Shown here: positions 38,384 through 46,706 of the stretch, one piece after another
Layout of the letters: the number at the start of each line of letters is the position of its first letter
Numbering within the stretch: position 1 is the first letter of the stretch
Source: Vicinamibacteria bacterium
GTDB lineage: Bacteria; Acidobacteriota; Vicinamibacteria; Marinacidobacterales; Marinacidobacteraceae
DNA length: 64,000 nt
Direction of reading: 5' to 3'
Assembly (NCBI GenBank): GCA_963555995.3
Contig: OY821641.1
Span: forward strand, 1,888,001-1,952,000
The notes under the pieces: model-generated
What the model saw: the letters and a program-made list of their open reading frames with translations, nothing else
Told to the model about the DNA's origin: nothing
The model's database searches: none
Position numbers and translations under genes: made by a program

Positions 38384-39799
38384 ATGTTTCGCCGAACCAA
38401 GATCATCGCCACGCTGGGTCCCGCGACGCGCTCCCCGAAGACCGTCGAGGCTCTGGTAGACGCGGGGATGGATGCTGCCCGGCTCAACTGCGCCCACGAG
38501 ACCGCCGCGAGTCTGCAGGGTCGGGTTCGGGCCGTGCGGCGCGCCGCCAGGAAGGCAGGCCGCGCGGTAGCCACCCTCGCCGATCTCGCGGGGCCCAAGA
38601 TGAGGACCGGCGAGGTCCCCGACGGTGGAGTCGAGTTGAAGCCCGGCGCCCGGTTCGTTCTCACCTCCCGGACGATCGAGGGCAGCGCGGACGCCGTTTC
38701 GACGACGTATCCGCAACTCGCCCGCGACGTCCGGCCGGGAGACTTCATCCTGATTGACGACGGCCTGCTCAAGCTCCGGGCGCTCAAGACGTCGGACCGG
38801 GACGTGGAGACCGAAGTCGTGGTGGGAGGTGTCCTGTCCTCCCGCAAGGGCATCAACCTGCCCGGGGTGCCGCTTTCCGGTCCCTCGCTCACCGTCAAGG
38901 ACCGCGCCGACCTGCGGGCCGCGGTGGCGGCGGAGGTGGATTACCTGGCGATTTCCTTCGTCCAGCGGGCGCGGGACGTCGAGACGGTCCGCGGGCTGCT
39001 CGCGCGGCTGGACCGGAAAGACATCCCGCTGATCGCCAAGATCGAACGGCCCGAGGCGCTGGAGAACCTGGAAGAGATCCTCCGGGTCTCCGACGGGGTG
39101 ATGGTGGCGCGCGGCGATCTCGGCGTGGAGACCTCCTCGGAGCGGGTACCCATCATCCAGAAGTGGGTCATCCGCCAGGCCAACTCGCGGGGCAGGATCG
39201 CGATCACGGCGACCCAGATGCTGGATTCGATGATCTCCCACCCGATGCCCACCCGCGCGGAAGCGTCCGACGTCGCGAACGCGATCCTCGACGGGAGCGA
39301 CGGGGTCATGCTGTCCGGAGAGACCTCGGTGGGCGAGTACCCCGTCGAGGCCGTCCGCACTCTGGACCGCCTGGCCACCTACACCGAACAGCACGCGGAC
39401 TTCGGTGAACTGCCCCACTACCAGGCGCTGATTGACCGAACCCGCGTGGAGCACGCCATCGCGGCCGCCGCCCGGGAGGCGGCGGCCGCCATAGACGCGG
39501 CCTACATCGTCGCCTTCACCGACTCCGGCGCCACCGTCCGCCAGGTGAGCCGGATGCGGCCCCGCTGCGGGATCTTCGGATTCACCACGTCGGACCGCGT
39601 CTATCGCCGCCTGGCGCTCCGCTGGGGCGTCCGCCCCATGCGCAACCGCCGCTTCCGGAACACGGACAACATGCTGAACCGCGCGCTCGAACGGCTCCGT
39701 TCGGAACGCCACGTGACCTCGGGGGACCGGGTGGTCCTCGTCTGCGGCACCACCCAGCTCAGCGGCGCCACGAACATGATGAAGGTGGAGTCCTTCTAG
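38384..39799 (+). CDS. pyk: Pyruvate kinase
   Basis: RRTKIIATLGP, DLAGPK, AKIE, MVARGDLGVE, ATQMLDSM, PTRAE, MLSGET. Confidence 0.97.
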   Translation: MFRRTKIIATLGPATRSPKTVEALVDAGMDAARLNCAHETAASLQGRVRAVRRAARKAGRAVATLADLAGPKMRTGEVPDGGVELKPGARFVLTSRTIEGSADAVSTTYPQLARDVRPGDFILIDDGLLKLRALKTSDRDVETEVVVGGVLSSRKGINLPGVPLSGPSLTVKDRADLRAAVAAEVDYLAISFVQRARDVETVRGLLARLDRKDIPLIAKIERPEALENLEEILRVSDGVMVARGDLGVETSSERVPIIQKWVIRQANSRGRIAITATQMLDSMISHPMPTRAEASDVANAILDGSDGVMLSGETSVGEYPVEAVRTLDRLATYTEQHADFGELPHYQALIDRTRVEHAIAAAAREAAAAIDAAYIVAFTDSGATVRQVSRMRPRCGIFGFTTSDRVYRRLALRWGVRPMRNRRFRNTDNMLNRALERLRSERHVTSGDRVVLVCGTTQLSGATNMMKVESF

Positions 39800-39815
39800 C
39801 GCGACGCCCACGGCG

Positions 39816-39876
39816 TGGAACGCCGGTCTCCAGACCGGCACCGCGGCGCTCCGCGCCCCGCACGTCGCGACTCCAC
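39816..39876. repeat. 61-bp REP-containing inverted-repeat arm (left)
   Basis: 59/61 match to the reverse complement of 40287-40347. Confidence 0.9.
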
Positions 39877-40075
39877 CCGCAAAAAACGGCTCCCGCCTCG
39901 ACGCAAGGCTCAACGGCGGAGGTGACACCCACGGTTTGGAACGCCAACCTCCCGTCGGCACAGACCGCCGCAGGCGTGCGGGGCGGCGTCGAGCCGAACT
40001 GCGTCGGGCGCGTGCGGCAGCGGATGCGCATGACTCGCCTCTACCGGATGCCGGCCAACGATCCCGACGCGCCGG

Positions 40076-40150
40076 TGGTGGGCGATGCAGGATTTGAACC
40101 TGCGACTTCTACCGTGTGAAGGTAGCACTCTCCCGCTGAGTTAATCGCCC
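40076..40150 (-). tRNA. tRNA-Val(CAC)
   Basis: GGGCGATTAACTCAGCGGGAGAGTGCTACCTTCACACGGTAGAAGTCGCAGGTTCAAATCCTGCATCGCCCACCA; CCA encoded. Confidence 0.96.
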
Positions 40151-40210
40151 GTTCCCGGGTTCCGAGAGGGCCGGCGATCGGACGCCAAACACCACCTACG
40201 GAAGGCGGGG

Positions 40211-40239
40211 ACGCTAGCAATCCGCCTGTTTCCCGTCAA
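40211..40239 (-). promoter_or_regulatory. Sigma70-type promoter for tRNA-Val
   Basis: TTGACG (40239-40234), 17-nt spacer, TGn-TAGCGT (40216-40211). Confidence 0.75.
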
Positions 40240-40286
40240 CCTGCCCGCTCGGGTGAGAGCTCGGAAGAGCATGCTGCGAAGGCGTT

Positions 40287-40347
40287 GTGGAGTCGCGACG
40301 GGCGCGGCGCGGAGCGCCGCGGTGCCGGTCTGGAGACCGGCGTTCCA
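40287..40347. repeat. 61-bp REP-containing inverted-repeat arm (right)
   Basis: Reverse complement of 39816-39876 with 2 mismatches. Confidence 0.9.
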
Positions 40348-40389
40348 GGCCGTCGCGACGCGGAGTCCGCCTTGGGGGGACGATCGTCC

Positions 40390-41127
40390 CTAGAGAAAGC
40401 CCGCGAGGAAACGTCCCCACAAGGGGGCGAGCGCGGCCTTGAGCGCCACGTCGGCGACCAGGAGCCCGCCCGCCACGGTCAGGAGCCGGCGGCGTCCCGG
40501 TTCGAGCGGCGCGGCGGTCCTGGCGAGCCGCCGGACCAGGGGTTCGGCGCAGACGACGCCGAGGATCACGAACGCGGCCACCCGGCAGAGGGCCCAGGGG
40601 AACCAGGCGAGGGCCGCCGGGACGCCGCTCGCCGCCAGGGCGTACGAAGCCACGAAGAAGTCCATGAAGTTCAGCATCACCGCGCCCATGAGGAGTCCGA
40701 GCGCGCCGCCGCTCACGAGCGCGAGCGGCACGAAGATCGCCAGCCGCTGCAGATGGATCGGCAGGAACAGCCGGAGGTCCCCCTCCGCCCCTTCGCCGGT
40801 GGCCAGCCAGGCCATCATCTCGCCGCGGTAGGCGGCGCCCCGGAACACCGCGGCTTCCGAGGCATCGGGCGCGATCGCCATCGCGATCGGTCCGAAGACG
40901 GCCAGCGCGGCCGCCCAGCCGAGCATCAGCCGCACCGCCTCCGCACGGCGCCCCTCGCCCAGATACCGCCAGAGTGCGTGAATCGCCGGCGCCGCGAGCA
41001 GCAGCGGCAGCAGCCAGCGGGCAGCCCCCAGACCCAGCGACCCCGCCCAGAGTCCGAGCGCGTAGGCAACCGGGACGCCGCCCGCGAGCATCAGCAGGTC
41101 GCGCCGGAAGGAGAGAGCGGGTTTCAT
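40390..41127 (-). CDS. Hypothetical polytopic membrane protein
   Basis: About 6-7 hydrophobic segments; same strand as the upstream acyl-CoA genes; start approximate. Confidence 0.7.
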   Translation of the reverse strand: MKPALSFRRDLLMLAGGVPVAYALGLWAGSLGLGAARWLLPLLLAAPAIHALWRYLGEGRRAEAVRLMLGWAAALAVFGPIAMAIAPDASEAAVFRGAAYRGEMMAWLATGEGAEGDLRLFLPIHLQRLAIFVPLALVSGGALGLLMGAVMLNFMDFFVASYALAASGVPAALAWFPWALCRVAAFVILGVVCAEPLVRRLARTAAPLEPGRRRLLTVAGGLLVADVALKAALAPLWGRFLAGFL

Positions 41128-41155
41128 GCGCACTACGGAGAGTATCCGGTGCTTC

Positions 41156-42376
41156 CTAGTCCGATGGAGATCCATCGTCGGCCTGTTTCAACTCGAGCAA
41201 CACCCCGCCGGCGCTCGCCGGATGGATGAACGCGACCAGGTGGCCGCCCGCCCCCCGGCGCGGCTCGCGGTCCACGAGCCGCACGCCGCGCGCGGCGAGA
41301 GCGGCCAGCGTCTCGTGGATGTCCCCGACTTCGAAACAGACGTGATGGAGCCCCTCACCGCGACGATCCAGATAACGGGAAACCGGACTGTCCGCCGTCG
41401 TCGGTTCCAGCAACTCGAGCAGCCCCCCGGCCGGCGCCCGCTCACCCGCCGGGGCCAGGAAGAGAGCCAGGACCCCGAACTCGTCCACCCGGTAGCGGCC
41501 CGTTTCGCGGAGACCGAGCAGGGCCCGCCAGAGCTCGGCCGCGCCGCTCCCGTCCTTCACCGCGATGCCGACGTGGTGCAGGCGGATCGCCGGTCCCGGT
41601 GTTCCCGGGGCCGATGCGTCCGGCCCCGCGGGTGCTGAACGATCCAGCGGGGGACGCGCTGCGAGTTCGGCCTCCGCCGCTGCCCCCAAATCCTCCACTC
41701 CCGTGCCCTCGCGCGCCGAGGTCAGAAAGACGGGACCCGGCCGCAGGGCCCGGAAGGAAGCGGCCATCGCCTCCGCGCCGGGCCGGTCCGCCTGGTTCAC
41801 CACCACGAAATCAGCCACCTCGAAGAGTCCCGCCTTGGCGGCCTGCACCGCGTCGCCAAGCCCGACCGCGGTGACCGCGATTCCGAGATCGGCGAGGCGC
41901 AGGACCGCATCGTCACCCTGCCCGACGCCGGCCGTTTCGAGCAGGATGCGCTCCGCGCCGCCGGCCGCCAGCAGCCTCAGGACCGCGGGAACCTCGGGAG
42001 CCAGACCGGCTTCCCCGTCGCGCGCCGCCATGCTTCGGAAGAAGACCGCGCCCGACGCTCCGGTGAAACGCACCCGGTCGCCGAGGAGGGCGCCTCCCGT
42101 CCTGGGGCTCGAAGGGTCCACCGCCAGCACGGCCACCCGGCGGCCTGCTGCGGCGAGGGACGCCGCCAGCCGGTTCGCCAGTTCGCTCTTTCCCACCCCC
42201 GGCGGACCGGTCAGGGCGATCACCCGCGCCCGCTCCGGCCAATCGAGCGCCAGCGCCGCCGCGCGGGCTCCCGCCGCCCCGCCCTCGACGAGGGTGATGG
42301 CGCGGCCCAGCGCTCGGCGGTCGCCGGTGGCCACCTCGGGGAAGGTCCCGGCGCCGCCCTCCGTGTCGGAACCCAA
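41156..42376 (-). CDS. Fusion of a MeaB/ArgK-type GTPase and methylmalonyl-CoA epimerase
   Basis: GPPGVGKS, VDPSSPRTGGALLGDRVR, ETAGVGQ, GDAVQAAKAG; then LHHVGIAV, ELLEP, GEGLHHVCFEV, FIHPASAGGVLLEL. Confidence 0.85.
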   Translation of the reverse strand: MGSDTEGGAGTFPEVATGDRRALGRAITLVEGGAAGARAAALALDWPERARVIALTGPPGVGKSELANRLAASLAAAGRRVAVLAVDPSSPRTGGALLGDRVRFTGASGAVFFRSMAARDGEAGLAPEVPAVLRLLAAGGAERILLETAGVGQGDDAVLRLADLGIAVTAVGLGDAVQAAKAGLFEVADFVVVNQADRPGAEAMAASFRALRPGPVFLTSAREGTGVEDLGAAAEAELAARPPLDRSAPAGPDASAPGTPGPAIRLHHVGIAVKDGSGAAELWRALLGLRETGRYRVDEFGVLALFLAPAGERAPAGGLLELLEPTTADSPVSRYLDRRGEGLHHVCFEVGDIHETLAALAARGVRLVDREPRRGAGGHLVAFIHPASAGGVLLELKQADDGSPSD

Positions 42377-42395
42377 GGCAGACCCTCCGCCGGGG

Positions 42396-43571
42396 TCAGC
42401 TACCGATCCGCCCGAGCAGGGGCCGGGCGATGAGCAGCCGCTGTATCTCCGAGGTCCCCTCCCCGATGGTCATGAGCTTCGCATCCCGGAGGTAGCGCTC
42501 GGCCGGGTAGTCCCGGATGTATCCGTAGCCACCCAGCACCTGCACCGCGCGGTTGGTCACCCGGACCGCCGTCTCGCTGGCGTGCAGCTTGGCCATCGCG
42601 GACTCGCTGGTCGTCACCGCACCCGAGTCCTTGAGGACCGCGGCGCGCTGGATGAGGAGGTGCGCCGCCTCGATTTCGAGCCTGGAGTCCGCGAGCGGAA
42701 ACCGCACGCCCTGGAAGTCGCTGATCGGCCGGTCGAACTGGCGCCGCTGCTTCGCGTAGGCGACGGCGCACTCGAGGGCGGCCCGGGCGATGCCGAGGGA
42801 GAGCGCCGCGATGCTGATCCGGCCCCCGTCGAGCACCTTCATCGCACCTCGGAACCCGTCGCCGACCGGCCCCAGCCGATTCGCGTCGGGCACCCTGCAG
42901 TCCTCGAAGACCATCTCGGAGGTGTCCGACGCGCGGTGCCCGAGCTTCTTCTCCTTCCGGCCGGTGCGGAACCCGGGAGTCCCGCGCTCCACGATGAAGG
43001 CGGAGATCCCGCGGGTCCTGAGGTCCGGATCGCTGGAAGCCATGCAGATGGCGATGTCCGCCTGCGAACCGTTGGTCGTGAAGGTCTTGCTCCCGTTCAG
43101 GATCCACTCGTTGCCGTCGCGGACCGCGGTGGTACGGGTCCCGCCCGCGTCGCTGCCGGCCTCCGGCTCGGTGAGGCTCCACGCGCCGAGAGCCTGACCG
43201 GTGGCGAGGGGAACGAGGTACCGGGCCTTCTGCTCCTCGGTCCCCTGCTCGTAGATGTGGTTGGCGGCGAGCGACACGTGGGCGGCCACCGTGATCGCCA
43301 CGGACGCATCGGCGCGCGCCAGCTCTTCGACCAGCACCGCGTACTCGGTGTAGCTGAAACCGGCGCCGCCGTACTTCTCGGGGAAAATGGGGCCCAGGAA
43401 ACCCAACTCGCCGAGCTTCCGGACGGTTTCGCCGGGAAACGACTCCTCCTCGTCCCAGCGCGCGGCGTGCGGCAGGATCTCGGTGGCCGCGAACTCGCGG
43501 ACGGCCCGCCGGATTTCGGCTTGAGTCTCGGTGTCGTGGATGCAGATGGAAGGTGCGGTCAAAGCGATCAC
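42396..43571 (-). CDS. Acyl-CoA dehydrogenase (short/branched chain)
   Basis: [59 protein letters not shown]. Confidence 0.93.
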   Translation of the reverse strand: MIALTAPSICIHDTETQAEIRRAVREFAATEILPHAARWDEEESFPGETVRKLGELGFLGPIFPEKYGGAGFSYTEYAVLVEELARADASVAITVAAHVSLAANHIYEQGTEEQKARYLVPLATGQALGAWSLTEPEAGSDAGGTRTTAVRDGNEWILNGSKTFTTNGSQADIAICMASSDPDLRTRGISAFIVERGTPGFRTGRKEKKLGHRASDTSEMVFEDCRVPDANRLGPVGDGFRGAMKVLDGGRISIAALSLGIARAALECAVAYAKQRRQFDRPISDFQGVRFPLADSRLEIEAAHLLIQRAAVLKDSGAVTTSESAMAKLHASETAVRVTNRAVQVLGGYGYIRDYPAERYLRDAKLMTIGEGTSEIQRLLIARPLLGRIGS

Positions 43572-43721
43572 AGTCTAGTTTGCGAGATCGCGGTCACCGG
43601 ACATGGACGTGGTGCGGGCGATTCACGCGGCGCCCCATGAGGCGCAGCGGTGGACGCCGCCGGTGCGGATCGGGAGGGCATACCGGAAGGCGTGAGGGGT
43701 CCGCCGGAACTCGAGCCGCCG

Positions 43722-44942
43722 TTATTCGACGACCTCGAAGGGCAGCCGGTTCACCGCCAGGCGGCCGTTCGAGACCACCGCCACCACGTCCTGGATCGCG
43801 GCGATGTTCTCCAGCGGGTCCTCCACCACCACGATGAGGTCCGCCTCCTTGCCGGGCTCGATCACGCCGGTGTCGTCGGCGATGCCGAGCAGTTCCGCGC
43901 TGTAGAGGGTCGCTCCCCGGATCGCCTCGATGGGGCTCAGCCCGACCTTCACGAAGTTCGCGACCTCCACCCCGATGCGGCTCACGCTCTCCGGGCCGTA
44001 GCTCGTGTCGCTCCCGGTGATCAGGCGAACGCCGAGTTCCTGCGCCATCCGCATCGTCTGCTCCATGCGGGGCACCATGAAGTCCGCCCGCAGGGTCAGC
44101 ACCGGGTGGTCGTAGTCGCCGCCCGGCTCGTCGAGATCAACGAGCGTGGTGTAGGTGGGGACCAGCGCGGTGCCCCGTTCCGCCATCAACTGAAGCGTCT
44201 CGCGGGTCAGGAAGGTGCCGTGCTCGATGCTCGCGACTCCGGCGAGCACCGCCGCGCGGGCGCCCTCGTCGCCGTGCGCGTGGCAGAGCACCGGGATGCC
44301 GAGCGCCGCGGCTTCCTCCACGATGGCCCGGAGCTGCGCCTCGGAAAAGACCTGCTTCCTCGGGTCCGTATCGGGCAGGCCGGCCCGCTCGGTCGCCCGG
44401 GTCTTGACCGCCCGGACGCCGTTCTCGGCGTTCACCCGCACCAGCATCCGGAGTTCCTCGTCGCTGCGGATGTCGTCCGAGATCCCGTAGAGGCTCTCGG
44501 AAGCAAGCCGCGCTTCTCCGAGGTTCGGGGTCACGAACACCCCGGCCCCCAGGTAGTCGGGGCCGGCGAGATGCCCGGCGGCCACCATCCGCCCGATGGC
44601 GACATCCCGGTAGGACCCCACGCTCGCGCTCCGCAGCGTGGTCGCTCCGGACTCGAGGGCCCGCCGCACCTGGGAGAGCTGGGTCGCGTGGGTATGGGCG
44701 TCAATGAACCCCGGGAGCACGAACTTGCCGGTGACGTCGAGGGTCTCGACGCCGTCCGGCGGCGTCTCGGCGCCCACCGCGAGGATCCGCCCGTCCCCCA
44801 CGAGGACGTTCGCCCGGGACATCGTCCCCTCGCGGACGTCGAGCACGGACCCGCCGACGAGAGCCAGGTCCGGTTCCTGGGCGATGGCGGGAAGCGCGAT
44901 CCCGGCCGAGAGTGCGAGCGCGACGAGCAGGCGATGGGTCAT
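43722..44942 (-). CDS. Secreted metal-dependent amidohydrolase (Xaa-Pro dipeptidase-like)
   Basis: Signal peptide; PGFIDAHTH, HAHG, SIEHG, GSDT, GKEADL. Confidence 0.85.
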   Translation of the reverse strand: MTHRLLVALALSAGIALPAIAQEPDLALVGGSVLDVREGTMSRANVLVGDGRILAVGAETPPDGVETLDVTGKFVLPGFIDAHTHATQLSQVRRALESGATTLRSASVGSYRDVAIGRMVAAGHLAGPDYLGAGVFVTPNLGEARLASESLYGISDDIRSDEELRMLVRVNAENGVRAVKTRATERAGLPDTDPRKQVFSEAQLRAIVEEAAALGIPVLCHAHGDEGARAAVLAGVASIEHGTFLTRETLQLMAERGTALVPTYTTLVDLDEPGGDYDHPVLTLRADFMVPRMEQTMRMAQELGVRLITGSDTSYGPESVSRIGVEVANFVKVGLSPIEAIRGATLYSAELLGIADDTGVIEPGKEADLIVVVEDPLENIAAIQDVVAVVSNGRLAVNRLPFEVVE

Positions 44943-45018
44943 GGGAAACCTCCGGGACGGGAAAGTATCCCGCAGGCCTTTTCCGTTTCCCCGGCAAACT
45001 GCCGTATCGTCGGCGCGC

Positions 45019-45234
45019 ATGAAGCTCCGGCGCGACCCGCTGAGCCATCCCTGGCTCTTCGTCGGGATCGCGGCGCTCTACGCCTTCTCGATCCCCTGGT
45101 GGTTCGGGGAGGGGAGGCCCGCCATCGTCCTGGGGCTGCCTTCCTGGGCGGTGATCTCGCTCGCGTGCACGTTCGCGGTGAGCTGCCTGGTTTCGTTCGC
45201 GGCGCGCCGGCTCTGGGACGACGGGCAGGACTGA
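45019..45234 (+). CDS. Small 2-TM membrane protein accompanying an SSS transporter (DUF997/DUF3311-like)
   Basis: SIPWW...VLGLPSW; immediately upstream of the symporter. Confidence 0.7.
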   Translation: MKLRRDPLSHPWLFVGIAALYAFSIPWWFGEGRPAIVLGLPSWAVISLACTFAVSCLVSFAARRLWDDGQD

Positions 45235-45237
45235 CCC

Positions 45238-46689
45238 ATGGAGTTCGGGCCGGCGGTGGTCGCCGCTCTCGCCGCCTACATCGCGGTGCTGGCCTTCCTC
45301 GGCCTCCGGGCGCGCGCCGCCCGGGCCTCGGAGTCGCTCGCCGACTTCTACCTGGCGGGACGCGGGCTCGGCGGGATGGTGCTCCTGTTCACCCTCTATG
45401 CCACCCAGTACAGCGGGAACACCCTCGTCGGCTATCCCGGCGAGGCGTACCGGGTCGGGTTCCCGTGGGTGATGAGCGTCGGCTTCATGCTCGCCATCGT
45501 CGTCGTGTATCTGGTGATCGCGCCGCGGCTGCGCGCCGCCTCGGAACGACACCGGTTCGTGACCCCGGCGGACTGGCTCGACCACCGGTTCGGGCACCCC
45601 GGACTTACGCGGGTCACGAACCTGGTGATGGCGGCGGCCATCGCGAACTACCTGCTGGCGCAGCTCATGGCGATGGGACACGTGGTGGCGGGTCTCTCCG
45701 ACGGCGCCATCCCCTACGCGGCCGGCGTGCTGGTCCTCACCGCCGCCATCCTCGGCTACGAGCTCCTCGGCGGACTCCGGGCCGTCGCCTGGACCGACTG
45801 CCTGCAGGGGATCCTGCTCGCGATCGGCCTCTTCGGACTCCTGGCCGCCACCGTGTTCTCGGGAGAGAGCGTCGGGGCGGCCACCGCCTGGGTGCTCGAC
45901 AACCAGCCGGCGAAGGGTTTCCGGCCCGACGCCACGACGCAGGCCACCTGGGCGAGCACCCTGCTGCTGATCGGCTTTTCCGGCGCGGTCTATCCGCAGG
46001 CGATCCAGCGCATCTTCGCCGCCCGGAGCGGCGCCTCCCTGCGGAAAGCGCTCTCCGTCCTGGCCTTCCTCCCCTTCCTCACGACCCTGCCTGTCTTCCT
46101 GGTCGGCATCCTGGCGCTCCCGCGGCTGAGCGGGCTCAGCGGCGTGGCCGCCGACCAGGTCCTCCCGGCGCTGCTGCGCGGCTGGGCGTCCGAGTCCGAG
46201 TGGATGTTCTGGATGTGCATCGTGACGGTGGTGGGCGTCGTGGCCGCGATCATGTCCACCGCCGACTCGGTGCTGCTGACCCTCTCTTCCATGCTGGCCA
46301 AGGACTTCGTGGCCCCGGTGCTCCGCCGGCGGCACGGCGGGGTGGTGGAGGAAGCGCGCATCACCCGCATCGGCAAGGGGTTCTCGCTGGCCATCATGGG
46401 GGTGCTGGTGGCCATCGCCCTCACCCCGCGCATCAGCCTCTGGGGTCTGCTGGAGCTCAAGATGGAACTGCTGGTGCAGGCGGCGCCGGTCTTCGTGCTC
46501 GGACTCACCTGGCCGCGCCTCTCGGCGCGGGCGGCGCTTGCCGGCGTGATCGCCGGGACCCTGCTGGCCGCCGGTCTCACCCTCGCCGGCTACGGGAAGA
46601 TCGGCGGGGTACACGCCGGCCTGCTGGGGGCGATGCTGAATGCCGGGGTAGCGGTCGCCGGCTCGCTCGCCTCGCGCCGGCGGGACTGA
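45238..46689 (+). CDS. Sodium:solute symporter (PanF/PutP-like)
   Basis: DFYLAGR, ATQYSGNT, GGLRAVAWTD, QRIFAA, AAIMSTADS. Confidence 0.9.
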   Translation: MEFGPAVVAALAAYIAVLAFLGLRARAARASESLADFYLAGRGLGGMVLLFTLYATQYSGNTLVGYPGEAYRVGFPWVMSVGFMLAIVVVYLVIAPRLRAASERHRFVTPADWLDHRFGHPGLTRVTNLVMAAAIANYLLAQLMAMGHVVAGLSDGAIPYAAGVLVLTAAILGYELLGGLRAVAWTDCLQGILLAIGLFGLLAATVFSGESVGAATAWVLDNQPAKGFRPDATTQATWASTLLLIGFSGAVYPQAIQRIFAARSGASLRKALSVLAFLPFLTTLPVFLVGILALPRLSGLSGVAADQVLPALLRGWASESEWMFWMCIVTVVGVVAAIMSTADSVLLTLSSMLAKDFVAPVLRRRHGGVVEEARITRIGKGFSLAIMGVLVAIALTPRISLWGLLELKMELLVQAAPVFVLGLTWPRLSARAALAGVIAGTLLAAGLTLAGYGKIGGVHAGLLGAMLNAGVAVAGSLASRRRD

Positions 46690-46706
46690 CCGCCAGCCGG
46701 GCTCGA

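Noticed and set aside
21983-40150. tRNA-anchored prophage or genomic island
   Set aside because: No integrase, no duplicated tRNA 3' end noticed, and the flanking genes are housekeeping.
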